A DNA stretch of 64,000 nucleotides from positions 18,228,001 to 18,292,000 of the forward strand of contig NC_087259.1 in NCBI RefSeq assembly GCF_037042905.1, read 5' to 3'. The position numbers and the translations under genes were made by a program. Below, piece after piece: positions 36,124 through 51,338 of the stretch. Every line of letters begins with the position of its first letter. The first letter of the stretch is position 1. The notes under the pieces were generated by a model, which had not been told where the DNA came from, made no database searches, and was given only the letters and a program-made list of their open reading frames with translations. The DNA comes from Lytechinus pictus. Lineage: Eukaryota.

Positions 36124-39100
36124 TCACAGCAACATTAATACTACCAATATTACTACAAATACTACCATGTATACTGCAATACCACTACCACTGCTACTGC
36201 TGCTGATGATACTATTCCACTTCTATACGAGTTTGATATCACCAGAAAACTTGGATCTCTTATTTCATTGGCATAACCTGTAGATATCCCGCTTAAGTTT
36301 CTCCTCCCGCCCCCCTCTCTCTTTCTCTCTCTCTCTCTCTCTGGAATTGTTTGATAACGCCCAAAGATATAGGGGTACGTCAGTGTTTCAAAGAAGCGCT
36401 CATGGTACTAGTGCCTCTCATCTACTTATGCACAAAGTTAAATCTAGCGACTGCTTTTGGATGACTTACTTTGACAACCTTGCTCTGTCCTGATACGACC
36501 GTCTCCACAGCTACACAGTCCATATTTGCAAACCTCATTTCTCTCACATCGATCAGATGAGGTGCAAATTGTTTTACCTGCGCCGAGAAAAGAAGATAGC
36601 TGGTTTCAAATATGTTCCTATTTAAAGTGTCATATTCCAACCCACAAGAGTAGTACTGATTTGAGTATTGAAATTACATTTATTTTATGCACTTAATGTT
36701 AGGTAACAAATACAGGCCTACAAATATTCTTCTACTTCAATTAAATGACCATTACGTGATTGCCCAGCATGTCCATGAAAATACTGGGGGAAAAAGAATC
36801 AACCTGTTAAAGGGCAGTAATCTTATTGTAAAACATCTAGGTCTACAGGTATTTGCTGTAACTCTTGATTCAGACGTATCACATAAATTGGTTAGGAGTC
36901 GTCTACCCTATGATTTTCAAGTATTTTAAAGAGGACGAAAACAGGAAATTAAACAGAAAACATTAAAGAGTGTAAGAAATAGAGGTATGGATCTGGTAAA
37001 TTTTGTAACCCCTGAAACTCCCTGGTTATTCAATTGAAAAAAAAAATTAACCCAACATAACATTAGGTCGTCTCCCCTGAAATATAATAAAATAAAATAA
37101 ATTCCATAGCGCCACCTCTGGTTTGATTATCAACCCACGAAACCACCACTAAACGGTCTCCCTTTTCTCTTTGACCTACCGTACTCGCAGTGGAGTCCTT
37201 CATATTCCGCATGACAAGCACAGAAGTAGCCTGTGATTACATCCATGCAAGTTGCTCCATTGCTGCAAGGGTTGCTGTCACATTCATTGATATCTAAATG
37301 GTAAAAGAATACATTTGACTGTCATGACTACATCAAACAGTGCTGTTTATTTCTGGCTTACACGCGCTTTTGCTGTATGAGATTCCAGAGATTTCGTTGT
37401 GACAAAGGAGATTGGGAGTTTGCATCTGGTGGCAAATTGCCACTTAGTCTAGATCTGGACGTTAGTAGTCATTTGTTTGGTAACCCCTACATCAGTCCAC
37501 TCTCTTTTCACCTTCTCCTACTAGTAGTAGAAGAAGGTGAAAAAAGTGAGGGCTGATGTAGGGGTTTCCAAACAAATAACTACTAACGTCCAGATCTAGA
37601 CTAATTACCACTTGGTCTACACCTGTTATTACATCCATGCAAGTCGCTCCATTGTTGCAAGGGTTGCTGTCACATTTATTGAAATCTAAAGGGTAAAAGA
37701 ATATATTTGACTGTCATTACTATATACAACTTTTGCCATTTGAGATTCCAGAGATTTAGTTATGACAAAAGAAATTTTGAGTTCGCATCTGGTGGCAAAT
37801 TGCCACTTGGTCTACTCCTGATTTTTCTACTTTCCGTTTGGTCTTATCCCATATGGTCTAATCCTTGTTCGTCTCCAACCAAATCATCTACTTACCGTTT
37901 GGCCTACTTGCCAGTTACCAATTTACATTTACTATTTTATAATTGCTAGAAAGGCTGTAGACATTGGCTCGTATTCTGAAGTCAGGTTTAACTTGGACCA
38001 TGGTCTAACTCTGTGCTAAAATTATGGGAAGCCAAAAGTGCATTTTTTAATTAAGTTGTATGTTTCTTATGTTTACTGTGCTCTTCCTGATTCATCCATG
38101 GTGAAGCCAAACATCTTTTATACTTCCTGGACAATTATGAATGATTTGAGAGCCAAATGAGCTGAGATATGATATCTCTACTGTCAGTGATTTATGTAAC
38201 AATTGGCTTTCCATACTTGAACCACAACTTTAAACCTGAGAACCCGATTCAGAATATGGGCCATTCTGTCTTTTATCCACTTGGTCTGACACCTTTTACT
38301 CTATGTTAGATGACATGTTGTAGACCAAATTATCATTTGACCAAGCACAAAATGATAAAAAGACGCAGTGAAAATTTGACCATTTCCGCTATCATATAAA
38401 TCTAAACGATAGATCGTTGGACCAAATGGTAATTCTACCAAAATGAAAGTAGACCAAGTAGGTATAGTCATAACTGTGTTAGAGTTGTAAGAATGTGACA
38501 ATCCTTGGTATACAAAGTGGAAATAATCCAATCTATTACCCTATCATCAATGAGATCATCAATCCCATGATCGAAATTTGAAAGTTGTTGCATTGTCCGG
38601 CATATATTCTTACTAAAACAGATGCATTGATAAAAGTAATACAATTATAGACTGCTGTACAGTTTTTACATTTCACAATTGTTGGTAGTCAGGCAGCCGT
38701 CAGAACTCTTTTAGGAGCAGGACCGGCATGAAGTGCAGTCAAGAGTGTAGCGTATAACAAACCCATTATCATGCATATAGTGCCAAGATCGTATCAAATG
38801 AAATTACTTGTTTCACTAACCTTTGTCACACGTTTGTCGTCTGTAATCATTGGTGTGTAAAACATTGAGAGGCTGTAATCAAGATATAATCAATGATTAG
38901 AAAAAATCAAAGTGAGAATTCATCTCGATCCACAACCTTAAAACTTGTGTAAAGGATAGGCAAACAACGGGATTTCTTCTGGTTCCAAAAGGCAATACGA
39001 AATGGGGGAAAGAGCTTTCTGTTCATGCTCGGCCTTCATTCTGGAATTTCCTCCCTTAACATATCTGTGATATCAACTCCGTCGAATCATTTAAACTAAA

Positions 39101-42100
39101 TCTTTGTACTACTCCTCATTCGTATTATTGGATAGTGTTTTGTTTCCTTTTTACCTATGCGCCTTGAACATTTAGATTTAAATGGATTTGGCGCCTGAGA
39201 AATCACATGTATTATTATTATTATCTTTTACATGTCCGACAGGTCGTATAACAAAATATACCTCGCAATAGTAAACTACATGCTGCGTGACAAGGACTGG
39301 GTTTATCAAAGTTAATATCCGTCATCAACATGATCAATAGCAGAATAATTGAAGATCCGTAACTAGATATACAAAGAAGAAACATCAATTACCTTGAATA
39401 CTTGAATAAACATGTACGTTATGGCGGAATGACGTGTACATTTTAGATAGTTACTGAGGTACTGGTAAAGAGAGAATTACTTCAACTTACGTATATTAGA
39501 GGACAGTGTTCTAGGTTGATGTAAGCACCGCCAATCTTTCCTAAATCCGTCTCATTCACCCCAGGGAATGAATCAAAATACTGGAAATGGGGATGAAACA
39601 ATTAGAATTAAATACATCATCTGATGGTAGTATTTTCATGGTTTGTTAAGACATATTATTAAGCGATGGATAAAGCATCACCCCCACATGACATTTTCAA
39701 TAATGAATAAATCTCCATTAATCATTTATTGATATTACATTAAAACTCAATTTAATTCATAGGTAAATAATTTTCACATTGGTTGTACATCAAAACCCAA
39801 AACTTGGAAAAAGTGTACCCTTCGCCTTCGAAGGAACATAACTCGTTGACCCGTAACTTCGATTACCTTTTTTAGAAACACCCTGTATAAGGCTTGCACT
39901 CATTCATTTTAAAATCAAGTAAATTTGGAAACTTTCATATTTGGAGTACGCTCAATCATCATCCCAATTTAACGAGTCAAGCAGAGAAGTTACTAATCAA
40001 CACTTGCAAATTAACGATGTATAACACAATCTGATCAAGTTCTATTTTCAATCAACCAAATTAAATGACATATTCCTTGTTTAATTATAAAAATATTTAA
40101 TATTGAAACTGGTGCAGGCACCTGATATTGTTCTGGCAATAATTCGTTGTGCATTGTGTTCGTACAAATCGCCGCAGTCTTGCTATCCACGCTGCACATT
40201 AGTTCAGTTGGATTCTCGCAATATGGACCTAAAGATAGTCCTCTGCGTAAGCGAAAAAAAAGAAAGGAGAGAAATGATAAACTTAAGTATATAAAATCGG
40301 GAAAAATATGAAAGATTGTGACGATGATTATGACAGACGTATATATATTGACTTTATACATAGTGTAGTAGGTTTCACGGTACACAATGTATCTTTCTTG
40401 GGCAAGTGTTGGTCCTGAAAAGGACCACCCAATCTCGACGTTTCGACAGGTGTGTTCTTGTCGTCCTCAAGAGAATGAGCAAAGTTTGTATAAGAGTTGT
40501 CGCTCCTCAGTTCATCAGTACTCAATACATTCAACAGTGTTCAAGGAAATTATCTTGCATTGTGCCCATTCACCATAGCTGTGGTAGTACCGAAGCGATG
40601 ACATCAGTTGCCATGGTGTCATGGCGGCCTGGTTCTAAACAAATGAACCCGCCGAATGAAAGCGCGTGTTTCTCATAGGAGAAAATGGCTGCTATCCGAA
40701 TTTGATCACTTGCAACCTATTTTCTTTTCAGACGAGCCAAAGTCATTTGCAAATACAAATGTGTACAGACGATCGTCAGCTGCGACTCTGTTTAGAACCA
40801 GCCCGCCATGACACCATGGCAACTGACGTCACAATTCGGTACTCTATTGACCGAGTTTGTTTCTTTGAAGTTATTATTAATCGAAATACTTTGATTTGCT
40901 TATTGTATTAGGAACACAAAATTTATCCGGTAATGAGAGTTACAAGATTTATATCACGTGGCAAAGATGGCAATAAAAACCATTTGGTCCCACTTCAGAG
41001 ATGACCAATGACGAATATGACTAAAAAGTTTGGAGGCCGACATTTAGTTCGCGTGCACTGCTCATTATCAGGTGATGGCTAGGGGCCTATCTCCAAATTA
41101 TTGTCTTCTCTTACTTCTTCTTCTCCCTTTTCTTGTTCTTCTCCTCCTCCTTCTTCTTTTTCGTGTTGTGTAGAGCCTGCCTTTGAAAATGTTGGTACTG
41201 GTTTTCGCGTGCGAAGTTCGCAGATGAGTAGTCGCAGTAAAAATATATCTCTATAGAGATATTATGTGCGCCTACAAACAGAAGAGGCTGAACAGAGCCT
41301 CCTTTATTCCGGGGGGGGGGGCACTTACATTATTGACGAGTGGATACCATGCGCGACCAAAAACACGTAAAAAGGATGTCTTTTTCAAGATAGGGCACGT
41401 TACGTACTTAACGTAATAAGGGTGTAAAAAACACTAAAATAATGAAAAAGGGTATCTATTTTCGCTAGGAACTACCCCAGATAGCAAAGTATCTGGGGCC
41501 CATATGGGAATCATGTGGGCCTACTGGGGCCCACATGTACCATGTAAAACCCATATGTGGCCCATATGGTTTGTCCCACCTAGAACCCAGATAATAAAGA
41601 CCATATGGGCCCCATGTGGTATCTATATGGGCGATGTGGTCTTTTTTCAGGGTCGACCGAGCCCAGATAGAAACAAATAAAACCCATATGGGGCCCATAT
41701 GGGTTTTCCCGCCTAGAACCCACATAATAAAACCATATGGGCCCCATGTGGTATCTATATGGGCGAAGTGGCATAATTATGGATCTACTGAGCCCAGATA
41801 GAAACATATAAAACCCATATGGGGCATATATGGGTTTCCCCACCTAGAACCCACATAATAAAACCATATGGGCCCCATGTGGTATCTATATGGGCGAAGT
41901 GGCATAATTATGGATCGACTGAGCCCATATAGGAACATATGAAACCCATATGGGGCCCATATATGGGTTTTCCCACCTAGAACCCACATAATAAAACCAT
42001 ATGGGCCCCATGTGGTATCTATATGGGCGAAGTGGCATAATTATGGATCGACTGGGCCCAGATAGAAACATATAAAACCCATATGGGGCCTATATGGGTT

Positions 42101-45100
42101 TTCCCACCTAGAACCCACATAATAAAACCATATGGGCCCCATGTGGTATCTATATGGGCGAAGTGGCATAATTATGGATCGACTGGGCCCAGATAGAAAC
42201 ATATAAAACCCATATGGGGCCTATATGGGTTTTCCCACCTAGAACCCACATAATAAAACCATATGGGCCCCATGTGGTATCTTTATGGGCGAAGTGGCAT
42301 AATTATGGATCGCCTGAGCCCATATAGGAACATATAAAACCCATATTGGGCCCATATGGGTTTTCCCACCTAGAACCCACATAATAAAACCATATGGGCC
42401 CCATGTGGTATCTATATGGGCGAAGTGGCATATTTCTGGGTCGACTGAGCCCAGATAGAAAAATATAAAACCCATTTGGGGCCCATATGGGTCCTCCCAC
42501 GAATCCATATAATAAAACCATATGGGCCCCATGTTGTTTCCATATGGGCGGTGTGGCTTATCGCCTGATCCCAGATAGAGACATATCTAACCCATATGGG
42601 GCCTACATGGGTCTTCCCACCTAGAACCTACGAAGTAAAACCATATGGGCCCCACTTTGTATGTATATGGAATCGCTTGAGCCCAGAAAGAAACGTATCA
42701 AACCCATATGGGCCCTATATATTGGTCCTACCTGAAACCAAAAAATAAGTAAACCATATGGGCCCCATGCGCCATCTATAGGGGCGATGTGGTTTATCGC
42801 CTGAGTCCAGATAGAGACATATCAAACCCATATGGGGCCCATATGGGTCCTCCCACGAACCCACATTATAAAACCATATGGCCCCATGTGGTATCTATAT
42901 GGGCGATGTGTCTCATCGCCTGAGCCCAGATAGAAACATATTTAACCCATATTGGCCCCATATGGGTTCTACCTAGAACCCATGAAATAAAACCATATAG
43001 GCTCCATGTAGTATCTATATGGGCCCATATGGGTCCTCCCACGAATCCATATAATAAAACCATATGGGCCCCATGTTGTTTCCATATGGGCGGTGTGGCT
43101 TATCGCCTAAGCCAATATTGAGACATAAACCCATACGGGGCCAAATTAATCCTCCAAACTACAACCCACATAAAATAGTAGAACTAATAATTGGCCATAT
43201 GCAGTATCTCTGTAGGCGATGTGGTCTGATATAAATCTATTAATCTACTGATAGACACATAATAAATCCATAGGTAGCACACACATTTGTGTATCGAATG
43301 GGTCTGTATGTATACATTGGCGATACAGGGGCCGAAGGGACCGCCCCCCCCCCCACCCCCATATTGGTGGTCTAAAAATCAGGGGGGGGGGAGGAAAAAG
43401 AGAGGAAAACAAAAAGGAGAGGAAATGGAAAAAAATAAGAGTGGACAGGAGAAGAGAAAAGATAAAGTGGGAGAGAGAGACCGGGCTTTGCATGTAACCG
43501 AAAGGAAATGGCGCTTTATAAATGCCCAACTATTATTATTATTACATTAAAGAAAAGGACGAGGGGGGGGGGGGCTTGGAACAATATAGGCCGTTATATC
43601 GTGGAAAAAATCTGCTCACGCTAATTCGCACTCGCATTTTTTAGATATTGTGCAGGGGAATGGTTAACTCATCACTTCACGGGGAATTATTTCATAAAAA
43701 GAAGAAAAACTATCAAAATGTGTGTATGTTTTTGTTTTGTTTTGTTTAATTTGTTTGTTTGTTGTTTGTTTGTTTGTTTGTTTGTTTTTTTTCTCTTTTT
43801 TTACGGGGGGGTAAATCACTATATTAGGAGGATTTCAAAACAAAATAACACGGTTGGTCAAAAAAAAAATGTTTTGAAGAACATTGAAATTACAAATCAA
43901 ATCAAATCAAATCAATTTATTCAAATAAAATCCACAGTTTAGGATTGTCATCAAATATTATAAATAATGAACGTGGCAAAACAGAGATATATATATATAT
44001 ATATATATAAACAAGTAAATATAAGCAATCGCCAAAATATGTGTCCATTCGAAAAGAAAATACATTATTAAACATTTTGCTAAACTCTTACTGATTTCAA
44101 GATATTACAATTAAGTCATTACAACACGTCCATGACGTCATCTATTAACACGAATGTATCATAGTCCGTCATTATAATTACTCATATTATTTAGTTACAT
44201 AAATTTTACTTATATCGTAATCATTACTTTTATTTGCATGATGTACAAGAAGTAACCTGATTAGCTCAGTTCTCTAAATGACGGCACTATTGTATAGGCC
44301 TATTATCATAATTTTTCTCGTTGCGGGTTAAGGATGGGCGCGAGTACGTTGATTGATTTCTAGTTGTTTTTGTCGCCCTTGTTCAGTCATAAATTTACTA
44401 TTGCTAATTCTTATCTTCAAATAATTCCTAACTTATAGATTATCAATGTCTAGTTATAAATATTTCTCTATGTAGGGCCTACGTTTAAGGTCTTTATATA
44501 CGTTCTCAGTTTACTACAATAATTCTCTTCCAGTATCTATCTTCCTGAAACTGTACCCACTGATTTAACTTGATGTCGTTTAGAAAATGTATATAGGTTT
44601 TCCCAAATATGAGAATAACCTATATCTTTCATAAATAATTCTAGCTTTTGACAAAATCCGTTCTTTATTTTCATGTTTGATTGATAAATGTTAATTAGTA
44701 TGTTAGCCTTTGCATTTGTTACTTGACACTAAAATCCGATCATGTATTTTAAAGCTCGACATAGATAGTAATCAAGGTATATTTCACATTGTTGGTAAAT
44801 CTCGAAGGGGTAAAAAAAGGGGGGAAAAAAGAAGAAGAAAACAAAGATTTTCTTCATTTTCACATTTTTTGATACACTTATGATGAGAACTCAACCCCAT
44901 AAAAGTTCGCTTTGGAATGCCTGCCTTTTCTAGAAATCACATGTTTAGTGTTGATTTTAGGGATTTATCGGGTACCCTATGTATACGGCTAATTCGATTG
45001 ATGATAAATAGCTTACAGATAAAAAAAAATGTTTGTGATCTTACAATTAATTCACAGGTTAGGTTCTAATCGTGTTAATGCATCTTAAAATAAAGAAAAA

Positions 45101-48100
45101 TTTTGAATTTTCAAAGGAGAACACCCCAGATAGCAAAATAACTGGGACCCATATGGGTCCAATGTGGGTTATCTAAGACCCATATGGCCCATATGGAAAC
45201 CATATGGGCTAGAAGTGGGTAGGTCCACATGGGGCCCACTTGGGGCCCATCTGGGTTATATCTGGGCCCATATGTACCAGATGAATATCATCTGGGCTGG
45301 AGATGGGCATTTCCAAGTGGGACCCAGATGGGCTAAAATATGTGGGACCCATCTGGGTTATATCTGGGCCCATATGTACCAGATAAGCCTTCTGGGACCC
45401 AGATGGGTCACATCTGAGCTCAATATCACTGGATGATTGATCTGGACTGCACTCATGAATATTCATCACAACAGTAAATGACCAAAATTTTAGCTAATAC
45501 GGCTACAACAATTAATATGTTTATGTTTATGCAAGGATTCCACCATGAAAAGTTTCAGAAAAGTATGTAACTTATTACCATAAAATTAAAAATCAAAACA
45601 TTTAATTTCAGGAGAAAATTTGCAAGGTTAAATATTGAAAATTGTTATTAACCATAGCCTGTCAAGTATAGCAAACTCGCTCTATATATAGAAGTCAATA
45701 ACAAGATTCAGTGGTTAGGTGTAGGATAGGATTAGGATAGGATTAGGATTTAGGGTTAGAATGTAGGATTATAGGATATGATAAAATGATAAGGATTAGA
45801 GTATTGGGTTGTATATAAAGTCACCTTACTGATACAAATTAATATATTTTTTTAATTGATTAAAACATCGTGGACCCACATGGCCCACATGGGACCCATA
45901 TAAAAACACAGTATTGTTTTCATATGGGGCCCATATGGGAGCAATGTGGGCCTGCCCATATTCAACCCACACTAAACCCACTTGGCCCAAATGGGCCCCA
46001 CATAGGTTGTACATATGGGTCCCAGATTGGCCAGGTGGGGCCCATATGGGCCCATACATAGCCCAAATGGGCCCCATATGGTTTACATGGGTACGATGTG
46101 GGCCTGCCCATATTTACCCCACGCGAAACCCTGGCCCATATAGGCCCCAGACGGGGTGTACGGTGCAAAAAACACAAGGGGCCCAGATGGGCCCATACAT
46201 AGCCCACATGGGCAACGCATATGGGGCCCACATTTTTAGCCCTGATAAGCCCACAAGTAACCCATATGGGCCCCATATATTTTGCACACTGGGACGTGTT
46301 TAGGGTCTAATTTGCGAGGGTGTAAAAGATTAAGACTAAAATGTTTTATAAAGGATGTACTTTTTTCCCCAAGAGTCAACACTACTTGTTTAGAGTACGA
46401 TTTGCGCGAGATGTGGGAGGTGGGCTGTACTAAACCCAATGATGTAGGTATACCGGCGACCGACGTCAGTGATATAACGCTGTACTTGTTTAGGGGGTCA
46501 AATCAGGGAATAGTTGCCAAGAGTATCGTTTTGTTTCCAATACTTGTTAAGGGTAGGGTTTCACATGCAAATACTTGTTAAGGGGTGCATTTTCAGAATA
46601 TTGAAAATACGTGTTTAGGGTGCTTTTCGAGACCCCATGGTCGCGCATGGTATCCACTCGTCAATGGAAGTGCCCCGGGCCTTTATTTGATGCACCTTAT
46701 GCTTGAAAGACTCGTGAGGAGCTATGCACGAGGTAATTCAGTTTGAAATAAAAGTAATGTTTGGCACGTTAATTTTATCATTCTAATACCGTAAACTTAA
46801 ATACAATCAAACAAAGACAAAATAATAGTTTCCTCTCGAGATGATATGTCAACAAGATACTCAATATTCACACAATAACTTATTACTTACAGGAAACCAT
46901 CTTACTTTTCCCCTTGCTTCTTCTTTTTCTTGCTTACAGAATAATCCATCACCATACCTATACTTAAAGACAGAGCATTTACAACTGCTGATTTACGTTT
47001 CGTATTGTGAAATACTTACAAAAATATCATCGGGATCAATAAAGTTTTCGCGTCTTTAGATCATAATATCATAATTTACCCTATCTTTTTATTGGAAAGT
47101 TCACTGAAACATGAAGTAAACAAAGTTATAGAAAGGCTTCTACTGTATATTTCAGTGGTTATGAATAATATTTTGAAGCACTTCGCCTGCAATATTTGGA
47201 AGAAAAGTGCTCAAATATATCTCCTTCTTTGAACATGAATTTCGACTGACAATATCGTTTAATCCTTTTTAAAATGTCTATTCTGATCTACCATATTTTA
47301 TAGAATATTCAGTGTTTAACTGATTCAATTTGAGCATTCGTTAACTCATATCTGAACCAAGGGAACCACTGTCAGCACGAGAGGCGTGAGCTTCGCCCTG
47401 GTCATTATTTTCCTACATATATATATATATAGGAAAAGAAGGACCTGGGTCCCGTAACACAAAGGTTAGCGATTGATCGTACGCTTGATTTTCACGATTG
47501 ATTGTACATTGTAGTCAATGCAATCAATCGTAGAAAATTGTTCTACGACCATTGCTAAGCTTTGTGTTACAGACCTCAGGTGTTGATACCAGGTGTATAT
47601 ACATTGCTCATTTGCAGGGAGTCTGAAGACCTGTACCCGATTAAAAAAGCCGGTAGATTTGAATGAAAACCGAACTGTGATTGGTTTACTTTTACGTAGA
47701 TATTTCTTCAGATTAATCGCAATTCGAGTTTGATTCCAATTTTTGGAGCTATTTGTAATATGGACCCCTTTAATCCCCCTTCAACACCTCTTGGGGAAAA
47801 CAAGAATCCGGAGCACTTAATTAGACCCACAACCCTACTTTCAATCCATAAATTTAAGTTGTAATATGTTCATATAGAGAGTAGGCCAACATAATGGAAT
47901 GTTTTAACAATATGCCTACATAATCGAACATATAATCATTGATTACTGTAATAAAGTTTCGAATCAATAACACCATCATCCCCATCATCATCATTCAGTA
48001 GAATAAAATGAAATTTGATTTAAAAAAAATTATTTCCCACCTTTCTCTTTGGGTGTCCATCCACCATTTACAACTCTGATTGACAAATCCACAGCCCAGA

Positions 48101-51100
48101 CCACGGCCCCAGGTATACGGGTCAGCATAGGCATAATCCACTTCGTACCATCCTGTATCTTCGAGCCATGCCAAGGTTAATCTAGAAAACTTCCGACCAA
48201 AAGTAAGTTGCGGCGCCATCGATTCCGTCTAAAGTGGACGAAGGGGTAAATGCAACGAGAGCTGCAGTGGACCTCTATTTTGCACACATATAATTCCCGC
48301 CTTGAATGCAATAAAATTCTGCAAGCTGGTTACCACGTTTCACACTGTCAAATGGTATAAACACTCTTCTGTCAAGTTAATGAACAAATATTACGAAAGT
48401 ATGTTGTAAATACTAATAATGATTGTATTATTATCCATCTGTATACATGGTATAGTCACTTTGAAAATCACCATGCCATTTCGTTTTAAGTCTATGTCAT
48501 GGAAATTATATGCACTCAAAGAAACGAAATTATCTTACTCCATGAACCAATAGGTGACAATGGAATGGCAGAATATGGGCGTTGTGGATTTGGGACCATT
48601 AGGGTCTTTCGTAAAGAATCGTATAGCTTTCGATGATGTTTAAAGGACAAGTCCACCCAAACAAAAAGTTGATTTGAATAAAAAGAGAAAAATCAAACGA
48701 GCAAAACACTGAAAGTTTCATCAAATTCGGATGTAAAATAAGAAAGTTATGACATTTTAAGGTTTCACTTAATTTCACACAACAGTTATCTGCACATCCA
48801 GGTTGGTATGCAAATAAGGAGACTGATGATATCATCCACTCATTATTTTATTTTTGTATTTCACATACATTAGATATGTAATATTCTATTTTTTTCTTCA
48901 TTGTCAAGTGAAATCATAATTAATTACTCCCTGAACATGTGGAATTAGCATTGTTTGATACTATATGGTTCAGTCACGTTGGTCCTTATGGTCAAATCTG
49001 TAAAAAAAAACCGAAATATTGTATAATTCTAACAATAAAAAACAAAAGAAATAGTGAGTGATGGACATCGTCGACTGACTCATTTGCATGTCACCGAGTT
49101 GTGCATATCACTGTTTTAAAATGCCATAACTTTCTTGTTTTACATCCGATTTCGATGAAATTTTCAGCTTTATGCTAGATTGATTTTTCTCTGTTTCTTC
49201 AAATCAACGTTTTACTGGGGTGGACTTGACCTTTAAGGTTTATTTGAATGATTTATTATTATGTCATGATCTATACAATCAATCGTAATAATCAGTCCTA
49301 GGGTCAAACATAAATTCGTTTTACGGAGTGCAGGTGTCAGAGCATGGAGAGTTCCAGCAAGATCTACTATTGCAAGGCATACTATATATTGATTTTCGCT
49401 TTCAATCGGGGGAGCGTTTCATGAAAGGACTTGTCGGACGTTTTATCTGACAAGTCCCATTTGATCCGACAGTTACTATAGTAACAGTGCCTCTCAGCCA
49501 ATCAGAATCAAGGAAAGATGTCAGATCTGACAACTTGTCAGACAAAAATGTTGATGAAACGGTCCCCTGGTGCCTTCTTTACTCTTTTGACGGCGAATGA
49601 AAAAAACACACATCCAGAGACAACCTTACCGTGAATATCCGAGACTCAAAATGGCTAAGAGCACTTCCATCACCGCCATCGTCCTCAAGTTCAACACCTT
49701 CAATTGAGTCGCAACCAAAATGTTCTCGAGCTTCCCGCTACGAAACAAAACACAAAGATTAAAAACCCATTCTTCAGTATAGTTTTCTAGGCCTACCTGG
49801 ACCGTCCTCCGTAATCCTTCAGGTCCAACTTCAACTAGGTGCGCATTTTCAAAACTCTTTATCAACCGGACATTAGTCAGCTAACAACTCATCTCAGATT
49901 ATTGCCCAACGGGTGTGCACGGTTTTCATTTTACATGTCAGATATTCGAATTTTACTATCATTTCTCTTGCATGTCAACCTTAGATGATCGAGTTTATGA
50001 ATTCGAGATACCCTGCATAAGTACAGCAGATCCCTTCTTCTTCAGATCTCATTCTCTCCAGAATTTCATGAATGCTCTACATTTCTACCGTTGTTCGATA
50101 TTGGCATGTGTCTCCGCGTCATAAATATCAAAGGACCAAGCTTGGTTCCTTGAGGAACACAAAGCAGCCTATTATATATGGAACGCCATATGGCCGAAGT
50201 CCCCGAACGCGTTTGCACTTACAACAATGTTCGGTGTAACCAAGATTGTGACGTTCCGCTGTGTTGTCCCTCCACGGATATCCCAATCTAAAGTCTTGGT
50301 TCGAGCGACACGCTCACTCCATTTGAAGTGTCCAGCACTGTTAAAGAAGGAAAAACAATATTTAGTCTTAGGAACAACCATGATCTAGAGGGGTATCGAG
50401 TAGGAAGCCCAGTAAATTTTGTTATAAACGATGAGTTACTAGAAAAAATATAAGCCCCTGGTTTGAGTGGATATCGCAAATGGAATTTGTTAACCAGCTT
50501 TCATCATTGTCAAGAGAAATTCTCCCCCAAAACATTGCTGTTTTCAAAAAGATACGTCAGTCACTTTAAAGGTCAAGTCCACCCAGAAAATTATTGATTT
50601 GAATAGATAGAGAAAAATCAAACAAGCATGACGCTGAAAATTTCATCCAAATCAGATGGAAAATAAGAAAGTTATGACATTTTTAAGTTTCGCTTATTTT
50701 TCACAAAACAGTTATAATTGTGCACAACTCAGTGATATGCAAATGAGAGAGTCGATGACGTCCTTCACTCACTATTTATTTTGTTGTTTATTGTTTGAAT
50801 TATACAATATTTCAATTTTTACAAATTTGACAATAAGGACCAAGTTGACTTAACCATAAACTGTGAAAATAATGATAATTCCACATGTTAAAGGAAGAAT
50901 AAAGTTTTGTTTTATATGACAATTAGGGTAAAATTTGATTTTTTTTTTTTCATATATTTTATTCAATAAAATACAAAAGAAATAGTGAGTGGTTGATGTC
51001 ATCAGTCTGCTCATTTGCATACCGACCAGGATGTGCATATAACTGTTTTGTGAAATTAAACGAAACTTTAAAATGTCATAACTTTCGTATTTTACATCCG

Positions 51101-51299
51101 ATTGTGATGAAGTTTTCAGAGTTATGCTTGTTGGTTTTTTCTCCTTTTATTCAAATTAACTCTTTGTTAGGATGGACTTGTCCTTTATTAAACTCCTAAC
51201 GGCAACACTTCGTTTTTCCACATTGAAACGTCATGATTACATTTTATGGACGTGTTGATTCTACGGAAATTCTACAAAAAATCTATAATTTTAAATATC

Positions 51300-51338
<39 letters not shown>

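Noticed and set aside
35945-36215. Poly-Thr mucin exon candidate
   Set aside because: The Thr-coding reading is on the + strand, opposite to the host gene; the minus strand is stop-rich (TAG) and the flanking exons already join in phase.
45715-45800. Telomere-like TTAGGG/TTAGGA repeats
   Set aside because: Short, degenerate and internal to a repeat element; not a telomeric array.
41465-46303. Many MGPIW/PYGPH-rich ORFs
   Set aside because: Translations of palindromic CCCATATGGG tandem repeats, open on both strands.
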